A stretch of 63,953 nucleotides of DNA, filler included, from Guillardia theta CCMP2712 (Eukaryota > Protista > Cryptophyta), in the NCBI RefSeq assembly GCF_000315625.1. It is 5 parts of 5 records of this genome, joined end to end, with 100 filler letters (N's around TTAATTAATTAA, not from the genome) between each part and the next. Parts side by side here need not be neighbours in the genome. Positions count along the whole stretch, not along the records: positions 1 to 30,698 come from NW_005434380.1; positions 30,799 to 51,513 come from NW_005434623.1; 3 more parts are not named here. The stretch is one strand, 5' to 3'. The position numbers were made by a program, and so were the translations under genes. Positions within the stretch are counted from its first letter, which is position 1; every line of letters starts with the position of its first letter. Below the pieces are notes generated by a model. The model made no database searches, was not told the DNA's origin, and saw nothing but the letters and a program-made list of their open reading frames with translations. Shown one piece after another: positions 22,838-33,162 of this stretch.

Positions 22838-24204
22838 ATAAGACTGCACAACCTCTTCAAATGCCTTGAAACGGATGTTCCACCCTCGCGACAGCAATCT
22901 CTGGTTACAAGATCTTTACGGTTCAAGTATCATCTTTTGGTGATCAAAAGCCGGCGGGCAAGCTTGTCTCTCCTTGTTCAAGTTCCTCTCTTATCTTCTC
23001 CTCTATCACTACTTCCTCTCCTACATCACCCCCTACTCTGACGCTCTCCCATGACCCCCCACCCCTCCTTGTCCATACCCACCCCTTTCTTTCCCCTCGT
23101 GTCTGGTCAACTTCCTCCCCTACNNNNNNNNNNNNNNNNNNNNNNNNNNNNNNNNNNNNNNNNNNNNNNNNNNNNNNNNNNNNNNNNNNNNNNNNNNNNN
23201 NNNNNNNNNNNNNNNNNNNNNNNNNNNNNNNNNNNNNNNNNNNNNNNNNNNNNNNNNNNNNNNNNNNNNNNNNNNNNNNNNNNNNNNNNNNNNNNNNNNN
23301 NNNNNNNNNNNNNNNNNNNNNNNNNNNNNNNNNNNNNNNNNNNNNNNNNNNNNNNNNNNNNNNNNNNNNNNNNNNNNNNNNNNNNNNNNNNNNNNNNNNN
23401 NNNNNNNNNNNNNNNNNNNNNNNNNNNNNNNNNNNNNNNNNNNNNNNNNNNNNNNNNNNNNNNNNNNNNNNNNNNNNNNNNNNNNNNNNNNNNNNNNNNN
23501 NNNNNNNNNNNNNNNNNNNNNNNNNNNNNNNNNNNNNNNNNNNNNNNNNNNNNNNNNNNNNNNNNNNNNNNNNNNNNNNNNNNNNNNNNNNNNNNNNNNN
23601 NNNNNNNNNNNNNNNNNNNNNNNNNNNNNNNNNNNNNNNNNNNNNNNNNNNNNNNNNNNNNNNNNNNNNNNNNNNNNNNNNNNNNNNNNNNNNNNNNNNN
23701 NNNNNNNNNNNNNNNNNNNNNNNNNNNNNNNNNNNNNNNNNGAGCCAACCTTGCTCAAGCTTCTCTCACATGATACAAGTCTCCTCCTCCCCTCCCTCCC
23801 CTCCGCTTCTCTCCTCCATTCAGTCCTTGATCCCCTCCGCTGCCTCCTCGCCTGTAGCAGCGACGTCGTCATGCCCTCTCTCCCCGAGCTCGCATCGGAT
23901 GTCGCATGGCGTCTTGCCATTCTCAGCTGGGCTGTCGGCTTGCGCAGTAGAGCAGAAGCGAGCACTAGCCCGCATAGACAGACATGGGGGTGGAGGACAA
24001 GAGGAGCTGAGAGGTAGAGAGCAAGACGCGCTTCTATCAGGTACAATCAAGGTTGACCGCAACATTGACCGACAAGCTGAGAAAGCTTCAGCCCCCTGCT
24101 CGACGCTCGTCTTACCGCCAGCTCTTGCCCCTAGCAGCACGAACAAGCTCTGTCCCTTCCCCGCCATCCCCGCCTCCCCTCCAGCTGCACCACGACCCTC
24201 CCCA

Positions 24205-25652
24205 TCACTCGGCATCGCGTCGCTCGAGCACGGACCTGAGCCGTCGGCCCGCCTCAGAAGCACGGGTGTCGGGGATGTTGGGAGGCAGGGCGGCGCCTCG
24301 GAGCCGTCGGATGCGTCGGATGTTGTACGAGTTGTTGCTAGCAAGGCTGCTCAGAGCCTCCATCGCGCTATCCTCCAACCACCCGCTGCCCTCATGCCTT
24401 TGCATCGCCCTCACTACCGCCTCGATCGCTCCCGCCTCCCGAGCCCGCGCCTGGCTGTCTGCCATGCCCTCCGTCATGCTGCGCAAGGCCCTGCATCCGT
24501 CACCCAGTATCCATTCGTCGTCCGCGTGCCTGGACATGGCGCTGACAACGGCCTCGATCGCTCCCGCCTCCCGCGCCCGCGCCTGGCTGTCAGCCATGCC
24601 CTCAGTCATTCTCTCAAGTGCTTCACAGGAAGATCTTTGTACCCCAGCGTCGTCCACGTGTCTGGACATGGCGCTGACGACGGCCTCGATCGCTCCCGCC
24701 TGCATGGCCGGGAGCTTGTTCTGCTCGTGGCTCTTGGCTATCGCTGTCATCACTTGGCATAGACCTTGCTGTATCTTCGCGTTGCTCTGGTGCCTGGTCA
24801 TGGCGCTGACGACGGCCTCGATCGCTTTCGCATCTCTCGCTGTGCCCTGGTATCGGAAGTACTGCATTGTGTACTTCAAAGCCCAGCACGCAGCCTGCTG
24901 TACCCCCGCGTCGTCCGCGTGCCTATGGAGGCATTTCATGACGGCCTCGATCGCTCCCGCCTCTCGTGCTCGCGCCTGGCTCTCATCGCTGAAGCTGACA
25001 GTGTAGTCCAGGGCTTCGCACGCAGCCCGTTGTACCCCCGCGTCGACTGCGTGCGTGGTCATGGCGCTGACGACGGCCTCGATCGCTCCCGCCTCTCGTG
25101 CCTGCGCCTGGCTCTCCTCCCTGAAGCTGACAGTGAAGCGTAAGGCCCAGCACGCAGCCTGCTGTACCCCCGCGTCGTCCGCGTGCGTGGACATGGCGCT
25201 GACGACGGCCTCGATCGCTCCCGCCTCTCGCGCCTTGACCTTGTCAGCCTCCCCGTGCTGAGCCATGCTGACCAAGGCTTCGCACGCAGCCTGCTGTACC
25301 TCCGCGAGAGCCTCGTACGTCCTCATGTCCTGCATCACCGCCTCTATGCTGTCGTCAGCTCCCGTCCTCAGCAGCCTCCATGCCTCCCTTGCCGGCTGCT
25401 CCATCCCGACCGGCAGCGCCTGAGCTCCCGTCCTCAGCGAGCTGAGAGCGTCGCTGCCCGTTGACTCCAAGGCGGTGCAAGCTGACTCTTGCAGCTCCAC
25501 GAGCTCTGCGTACTTGCGCTTCCTGACTCTCGTCGCCACCGCCTTGACCCCTCCCCCCGCTGCCTCTCCGATCCTTCTCCTACTTCAGCATAGCGACTGG
25601 TCGCCGGCCCTTGCCCGCTGCTGTCCAGGCGTCCTGTCTTGACCATGTCCAT
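24205..25652 (-). CDS. Armadillo-repeat protein (~7 repeats of ~43 aa)
   Basis: Repeats EAGAIEAVVSAMxxHxDDAGVQxxACxAL. A plausible GT-AG intron (~25582-25543) joins an upstream exon (MDMVKTG...YAE) in frame. 5' end uncertain. Confidence 0.8.
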
Positions 25653-25763
25653 GCAGCAGCCCCNNNNNNNNNNNNNNNNNNNNNNNNNNNNNNNNNNNNN
25701 NNNNNNNNNNNNNNNNNNNNNNNNNNNNNNNNNNNNNNNNNNNNNNNNNNNNNNNNNNNNNNN

Positions 25764-26135
25764 CGGTCCTCCTCCCTCGTCGCCCAGCAGCTCTCCAGCA
25801 CGGCCCACAACCCGTCCGGGCATCCTCCGAGGAGGTGCTCTCGAGGCAGCCTCCCACCCCCGCACACGTACCCGATCACAGTCGGGTCCGTCATGGGGTA
25901 GTAGGGGGTCATGCCCGAGGTCAGGATCTCCCAGCACGTGACCCCGTAGGCCCACACGTCGCTCTTCTCCGAGCACCGGCCTCTCTGCATGGACTCTGGG
26001 GGCATGTACCGCACCGGCAGCGCTCGCCCCGCTACCCTCCCGTCACTCCCGTCCACCAGCTCCCCTGCCCGCCCGTACCCCGCCACCTTCACCGACGTCC
26101 TCCCCACGTCCTCCTTGTCGAAGCCCATGACATGA
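25764..26135 (-). pseudogene. Tyrosine-kinase-like catalytic domain fragment (subdomains VII-XI)
   Basis: LPVRYMPPES, KSDVWAYGVTCWEILTSGMTPY and CW. The DFG equivalent reads VKVAGYG. The N-lobe and HRD motif are missing, replaced by module X sequence at 26141. Confidence 0.78.
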
Positions 26136-26519
26136 TCTCTCAGTAGTGACCGGAGCCTCGGAGGCTGAAGATCGGGCCGTAAGACAACGTGACGGTACAG
26201 TGACTGCGGCTGACCGGGCCCTGAGCCCAGGATGGGACGAATGAAACCAAATCGATCGAGTTTGTGAGAGCAGATATGATGTACTGTATCAGGCTTGCAT
26301 GTTGAGCTACTGTCTCCTTCAAACGATTGGATTCGGTTCGAACAGGCAAGACAATACAGGCTCCGAGTCTCTCTCATCCTGTCCAACGATCCCGATCGCG
26401 CTCTCCGAGCTGACAAGGCTGAAAGTGGGTGCGAGCGAGCAAAGACGCTGATTGTCTGTCCGGTCTCTGTCTTGACCAGCTGAGAATCGCAGATCGAGAG
26501 GCACATTGAGGATGGCAAG

Positions 26520-27344
26520 ATGACCACGACGATACTCCACTCGAAATACCCGCAAAGAAGTTGCAACGTGTCCTCACGCAGTCTGTCTGATTACGATGTT
26601 GTTGTTACAAGCTATGAGACCTCGAGGAATCTTTATCAAAGATGGCTCTTGCATCGCAATGCAGCACGTGTCAAGAAGGACGGTGAGTCTGCATGTGGGT
26701 CCTATCATCTTTCATCACTCTTGTGTTGTACAGGACGACCATCATCGAAACATCATCTTTCATCACTCTTGTGTTGTACAGGACGACCATCATCGAAACA
26801 TCATCTTTCATCACTCTTGTGTTGTACAGGACGACCATCATCGAAACATCATCTTTCATCACTCTTGTGTTGTACAGGACGACGATCATCGAAACATCAT
26901 CTTTCATCACTCTTGTGTTGTACAGGACGACCATCATCGAAACATCATCTTTCATCACTCTTGTGTTGTACAGGACGACCATCATCGAAACATCATCTTT
27001 CATCACTCTTGTGTTGTACAGGACGACGATCATCGAAACATCATCTTTCATCACTCTTGTGTTGTACAGGACGACCATCATCGAGACAAGACATCATCGG
27101 CAACGAGAGCATCGACATCTCCGACATGAGATGGCAGCGAGTGATCCTCGATGAAGCGCGTTGGATCAAGAACAGAAGATCAACAAGTCATCGAGCTTGT
27201 CTGCGACTGACGGCCATCAACCGCTGGTGTTTGGCAGCAACGCCATTGCAGAATGATGTGGACGATATCCAGTCTCTCTTGCAGTTCCTTAGAGTAGAAC
27301 CACTCGACAAGTATTCTACCTGGCTGACATATGTCAAGAAGTGA
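26520..27344 (+). pseudogene. SNF2/RAD5-like helicase N-terminal ATPase fragment
   Basis: DYDVVVTSYET, WQRVILDEARWIKN (DEAH changed to DEAR), RWCLAATPLQNDVDDIQSLLQFLR (TGTP changed to AATP). No Walker A upstream and no continuation downstream. Confidence 0.8.
26703..27086 (+). repeat. 48-bp tandem repeat x8 spanning a probable intron 3' splice site
   Basis: Unit catcatctttcatcactcttgtgttgtacaggacgaccatcatcgaaa; donor gtgagt at ~26683. Confidence 0.93.
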
Positions 27345-27411
27345 AACCTCTCTCCTCCTCCTCCCTCCTCTCTCCTCCTGCTCCTGCTTCTCCTGCTCCT
27401 CCCTTTTCCTC

Positions 27412-27483
<72 letters not shown>

Positions 27484-28199
27484 TCTCCTGCACCTCCTCC
27501 TCTTCCTCCTCCCCTTCCTCTCTCTCCCTCTCTCTCCTCCTGCTGGACTCCCTCGATGCCGGGGCTGTGCATGCGCTACTGTGAGCCGCTGGCAGCAGCA
27601 GCGGCGGCAGAAGAAGAACAAGAGGAGGTAGAGGTCGAGGTTGAGAGAGCAGCTGAGCGTGAGGAGTAGTAGGCGTGAGGAGCAGTAGGCTGGTAGAGGC
27701 TGGCAGACTCAGTCCTCGCTCCCTCAGCCTCTCTTGCTCGGCTTGTCTCCTGATAGATAAGGACGAGCAGATCAGAAATCAAGAGATGAATGTACGAGTG
27801 ATCCAACGTGAAAGACTACAATCCGGAAGAAGAGTAAACAACTGCATTCACCAGGATGTTGATAGAGGAGCTACTTTGGGTCATGTAGTGAATGTCATAC
27901 TGTCGCATGATCCACCCTTGTCAGAGCACGCTCGTCGTGCAATGATTTCCTTTCCTACACTGATCCCTTTCCTTCCTACCTGCTTCTTGCTCCCTCCTTC
28001 TCTCTACTTGCTTCCTCTCTCTCCCTCGTACTCTCGTCTCCTTCCCTCTTTAGTCTCCCACACTTGTACTTCTGCCATTCTCTCTCAAACTTCTCTCTCT
28101 CCCTCCCTCCCTCCTTCTCTCTTCCCCTTCTCTTCGTTGACTAGCTCTCATCCCGACCATGTTCGTATCACCCCGGATCTCCAGCTCCTCTTTCACCTT

Positions 28200-28530
28200 A
28201 TGAGCCTCCACTCCTCCCTCCCCACCCCTCTGATTGTCCGTACCCACCCCTCTCTTCCCCTCGCGTCTGGATAACTTCTCCGCTACACCACCCCCTGCTC
28301 TGACTCTTTCTGATGACCCCTACCCTCCCCGGCTCATCTCTGTATTCCTGCCACATCACCCACCCCTCTCTTCCCCTCGCGTCTGGTCCACCTCCTTCCC
28401 CGGCCATCTCCTCGCGTCTGATGAGCTGGAGGGAGAGAGGAGGGGAGGGAGGAGGGAACGGCAGAGGAGAGGAGGGAAGGTGAGAGCCAACCTTGCTCAA
28501 GCTTCTCTCACATGATACAAGTCTCCCTCT
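28200..28530. repeat. Shared C-rich modules Z/W; also at 14402-14545, 23050-23123 and 23743-23790
   Basis: ttgtcc(g/a)tacccacccct..cttcccctc..gtctgg occurs at three sites; gagccaaccttgctcaagcttctctcacatgatacaagtctcc occurs at 23743 and 28484. Confidence 0.8.
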
Positions 28531-28730
28531 CCCCTCCCTCCGTCATGCTCTCAAGCGCTTCGCATGCTGACCACTGCAAGTGCATCTTCAGAGGTATGAG
28601 AGCGATTTCAATCCCTTCAGTCGTCAGCTAAGAATGAGTAGGTCCAGTCTGAGGTGAGCTCGCTTTTACTAGGGCTCTGATAGGTATGAGAGCGATTTCT
28701 ATGGCTGCAGCTTGTTGGCTCAGTCTGAGA

Positions 28731-30697
28731 CTAGTCGATACCTAAACCTCTAAGATAATCCTCGACATCTGAGTTATCAGCCAAAGTGAAGCAAGTCATG
28801 CCGCCTTTGTCCTTCTCCCTCAGCGCCTCCTCCCCGCATGTCTCTGCAATATACCGCAGCACCTCCAAGTGCCCAGCGTCACTCGCCCAGTGCGCGCATG
28901 TCATGCCGTCATTGGCCTTCTCCCTCAGTACCTCCTCCCCGCATGTCTCTACAGCATACCGCACTACCTCCATGTGCCCTTCTGCACTCGCCAAGTGCGC
29001 GCATGTCATGCCGTACTGGTCCTTCTCCCTCAGCGCCTCCTCCCCGCATGTCTCTACAGCATACCGCACTACCTCCAAGTGCCCTCCCTCACTCGCATAG
29101 TGCGCGCATGTCCAGCCGGCATTGTCCTTCTCCCTCAGCGCCTCCTCCCCGCATGTCTCTACAGCATACCGCACTACCTCCAAGTGCCCTCCCTCGCTCG
29201 CATAGTGCGCGCATGTCCAGCCGGCGTTGTCCTTCTCCCTCAGCACCTCCTCCCCGCATGTCTCTACAGCATACCGCACTACCTCCAAGTGCCCTCCCTC
29301 ACTCGCATAGTGCGCGCATGTCTTGCCGTCATTGTCCTTCTCCATCATCAAAGTCCTCAGAGTCTCTTTCCCGCATTCTTCCTCTACCGTCTTCAGCACC
29401 TTCACATGCCCATACTCCGCCGCCCAGTGCACCATCGTCTTCCCTGCCTTGTCCTTCGCTCCTACCTCTGCTCCTGCCTCGATAAGCTCCCTCAAGCTCC
29501 CCGCCCTCCCCAGCATCCCCGCTACATGCAGCCCTGTCCTCCCGTCCTCCGTCCGCTCGTCCATGTCGTATTCGCCCGCCTTCAGCAGCCGGATCAGCTC
29601 CCCCTGTCCTCGTACCACCGCCGTCACTGTCGGCGGCTCCCCGTGCTGGTCCGACCTTGACATCGACAAGCCGTACATCCCGCACAGCCTCTTGCTCTGC
29701 TCTCGTCTGCCGTCATCGTCTGCTGGAGTCCGCGAGCTGATCTCGTACATCAGACCCGCCATCGTCTTCCAGTACACTGACTGCATCGGCTCGCCCGCAA
29801 GGGCTACACATTTTTCATCTCCCTGAGTGTCTTCGATCCAGTGCCTGAGCTTGTTGATCGCCATGTCCTTGACTCGGTTCGACAGCTCGATCGCCTCCTT
29901 GTATCTTGACTCGTCGTTGTACCANNNNNNNNNNNNNNNNNNNNNNNNNNNNNNNNNNNNNNNNNNNNNNNNNNNNNNNNNNNNNNNNNNNNNNNNNNNN
30001 NNNNNNNNNNNNNNNNNNNNNNNNNNNNNNNNNNNNNNNNNNNNNNNNNNNNNNNNNNNNNNNNNNNNNNNNNNNNNNNNNNNNNNNNNNNNNNNNNNNN
30101 NNNNNNNNNNNNNNNNNNNNNNNNNNNNNNNNNNNNNNNNNNNNNNNNNNNNNNNNNNNNNNNNNNNNNNNNNNNNCAGCTCCAGCACCTTCACCCGCCT
30201 CCCCTCTACCTCCATGTACCGCGGCGTCTTCACCACCTCCAGGTACGACAGCGGCGGATACAGCATCTCCCCCTCCCCCGGATACTGAGACACAAACGTC
30301 AAGCTCGCCCCCCGGTCGATCGCCCCGCAGCTGATCTCGAACACGATCGACTCTCCCTCCTCCCCGGCGTACTGCATCGCCGTCCTGACGTCTGTCGTCG
30401 TGCTCAGCAGCCCGTACTCGACTCCTCCGGACACCCCGAGCTTGTCCTCATTGAGGAAGNNNNNNNNNNNNNNNNNNNNNNNNNNNNNNNNNNNNNNNNN
30501 NNNNNNNNNNNNNNNNNNNNNNNNNNNNNNNNNNNNNNNNNNNNNNNNNNNNNNNNNNNGAGACAGCTTCACGATGCCGCTGACGATGCAGTGGATGGTC
30601 GTCGTGTACTTGTTGGGGAGCTTGTTGGAGTCTCGGAGGAGCTCGTTGGGAGCTCGAAGAACAGAGTTGTACTTGAAGTACATCGGCCCTGTCATAG
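28731..30697 (-). CDS. ADP-ribosyltransferase + ankyrin-repeat protein, paralog 3 (5' part beyond contig end)
   Basis: GPMYFKYNSVLR, LSTTT and YPGEGE; 2 divergent and 5 canonical ankyrin repeats plus cap, with no gap in the array. Confidence 0.9.
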
Positions 30698-30798
30698 CNN
30701 NNNNNNNNNNNNNNNNNNNNNNNNNNNNNNNNNNNNNNNNNNTTAATTAATTAANNNNNNNNNNNNNNNNNNNNNNNNNNNNNNNNNNNNNNNNNNNN
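30698..30798. other. Artificial contig linker N-TTAATTAATTAA-N (also at 51558, 56916, 62566)
   Basis: Identical 12-mer with stops in all six frames, centred in ~100-nt N blocks. Confidence 0.97.
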
Positions 30799-32024
30799 GA
30801 CCTCTCCCCTACCCGTACCCCTCTCCCTCTCCCTCTCCCTCTATCGCCTCCTCCGCCTCTCCCCTCCTCCCTCTCCCTCTCCCTCTCCCTCTCCCTCTCC
30901 CTCTTTCTCTCCCTCTTTCTCTCCCTCTCTCTGCTTCAACGTCTGCCTTCCTCCTTTCAACGTCCGTAGCAACTTGCCTGTTCCAGTAGGGCCAACCCCT
31001 CATACCCCGTTGGGGTATTTTCTAAGGGTAGGGGTAGTCTATATCGCCGCACTCCGGCGGTAGTAATCAGGTAAAATGGAGGGGTCCTTCAGACTCTCGC
31101 TGCACCACGTGACGAGGGGGTGGGTACATGCTTCAATTGAATTGACTAAAGACTTTCAGTAAAGAACTACCGTCAACTGATTTTTAACTTAACTTTGAGT
31201 AAACGACCGTCAAAGCCTAGTAGTACCCGGGCCTACCGTCTGACGGCCACCAGCCGGCCCCCGGCAGGCTTCAAGTTCAGTGGCATTCATGATTGTTGGT
31301 CTTAACTTAACTTTCAGTAAAAGTTGGCAATAAAGTTGGCATTGTTCAAGTCAGTGGCATTGTTGGCGGCCGCCGGGCGGGGCCGTCCTGGAGTCCGATC
31401 GGATCGCACGGTCCGACCGTCCGATCGGTCCGACCGTGACTGTGGCCGTGACCTGTGATCAACCTGCAGCGGTGACTACTGACTGAGGCCCGGCCCGGTC
31501 GGACCGCGACCGTGACTAGCAGTGCCGGGCTCCGAGCCTCCGAGGGCCTGTCGCGGCATTGGCCGGCGTTGCGGGGCCGTGCCGCCCGTGCGGCCGGCGG
31601 GGGATCGGACCAGACCCAATCAGCCTGTCGCTAGTCACTGAGTGTGCCGGCAGTGGCCTTGGACTCACCGTGGCACGGTGGCATGCGGCCGCATGATGAC
31701 TGAGAGTCCCGGGCGGCGGGCCGGAGCCACTGAGCGGAGTCCGACTGAGTAGCACCGGTTTAACCGGTTCTGTGACTGCCGTGCCACCGGCCGGGCCGCG
31801 TGGCCCCAGCTGAGCCCAAGCTGGCCCAGTGGGCCGGGGCCGCGCCGGGGCCGCTCACTGGCCGGGCGCCGGGGTGACTGTGGCGGCACCGGTGACGGCC
31901 GGGCGGCGTGACCGTACGGCGACGGTGCAGGGCGTCCGATCCAAGTGCCTCATAGGCCGCCGGACCATAAATGAGGCGGGCTCGTTGCTACCAGTAGCGC
32001 GGCTCTTACCCCCCGACCGGCGCC

Positions 32025-33077
32025 ATGCCGTGGCTCTTACAGCTGCAGCTGATGCTGCTGGCATGCAGGTGGACTTGCGGCTCCGCTCCTCCCGTCCTCA
32101 CTTGCAAATGACCATCTCACTCTCCTCATATCGCCACGTTGCCAAACATCACGCGACCTTTCTGTAGATTCTGATAGATCACCTTTCTTTCCATGTTGGT
32201 CATAACTCATCCTTCATCTCGAATGCTGCTTGTCTGACTGTCCTCCAGCTGCTCGGCATGGCCCAACCTTCACTTCGGCTGTCCTTCAGCCTCTGTCTGC
32301 TCAGCTTCAGACTACCAGCAGGGCGGCATGTTCAACAACTCGATCTTGTCGTTCTTTCCAGGAGATCCGGCATGCTCCGAGACCTACAAGATCTGTGCTT
32401 ACAACTCCTCATGCTCTGACTGTAGTTCTTCATTGTACATGTATATGGATCCCACCAAGCGCCCACCTCCAGGCTTCGCGCTGACACGCTCAGATTCGCA
32501 AGGGAACTACGTGTGTTACAAGTTTGGTTGGAATTCCACTTCGCTGGTTTCAGATTTCCGGGGAAAGGTTGCAGTGACAGTGTTTCTGACCAACGAGGAG
32601 GTAACGAATAGAGTCTACAAGTATTACGACAGGTTGGACCTCGTCCTCATGACGACCACTTGCCGATACTGCGTCGCGCCATCGCAGAGCCTGAGCGATG
32701 TCGCGGCACTTTACGGGACGACGGTATCGAACCTGAGGATGGCGAACCCGATGGGGCTGGAGGACATGACGAACGCGGATGCTCGTCTGAACCAGTCGCT
32801 TCCCATCAACGTGGGAGTCGTTTACCGGGTCATGCCCGGCGATTACTTCGACCTGCTTGCACGCAGGTTCTACATGACGCTCAGTCAGATCCTGCAAGTG
32901 AATTCCGGAATCAGCAACAACGTGCTGCAGCCGGTATGCGATCCCTTTCCTTACTCTCACTTGCTAGTCGATCCTTTCCTTGCTCTCACTGCGCTGCAGG
33001 GCGACGAGCTTTGTATCGTCCCATCCATCTGTAAGATTAAGTGCAACTACCCAGCACAATGTACAGTCGCAGTGTAA
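32025..33077 (+). CDS. Secreted protein with two LysM domains
   Basis: Exon 32025-32068, intron 32069-32248 and intron ~32934-32999. Signal peptide MPWLLQLQLMLLACSCSA. LysM motifs YCVAPSQSLSDVAALYGTTVSNLRMAN and YRVMPGDYFDLLARRFYMTLSQILQVN...PGDELCIVP. Confidence 0.85.
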
Positions 33078-33162
33078 ATTAAGACAAGTCAGCAGTACTT
33101 GGCAGTGATGCTTCTCCTTCTTACAACTCAATCTGTTACAATCCATTGGTGGAGGCTCCTCC

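Noticed and set aside
23107-23773. ORFs spanning long N runs
   Set aside because: Artefacts of translating through assembly gaps.
21115-27086. CRISPR-like arrays (55-, 24- and 48-bp repeats)
   Set aside because: Units are head-to-tail with no unique spacers, there are no cas genes, and the context is eukaryotic.
30743-30754. TTAATTAATTAA palindrome as a biological site
   Set aside because: Identical in four N-flanked positions; it is an assembly linker with stops in all six frames.
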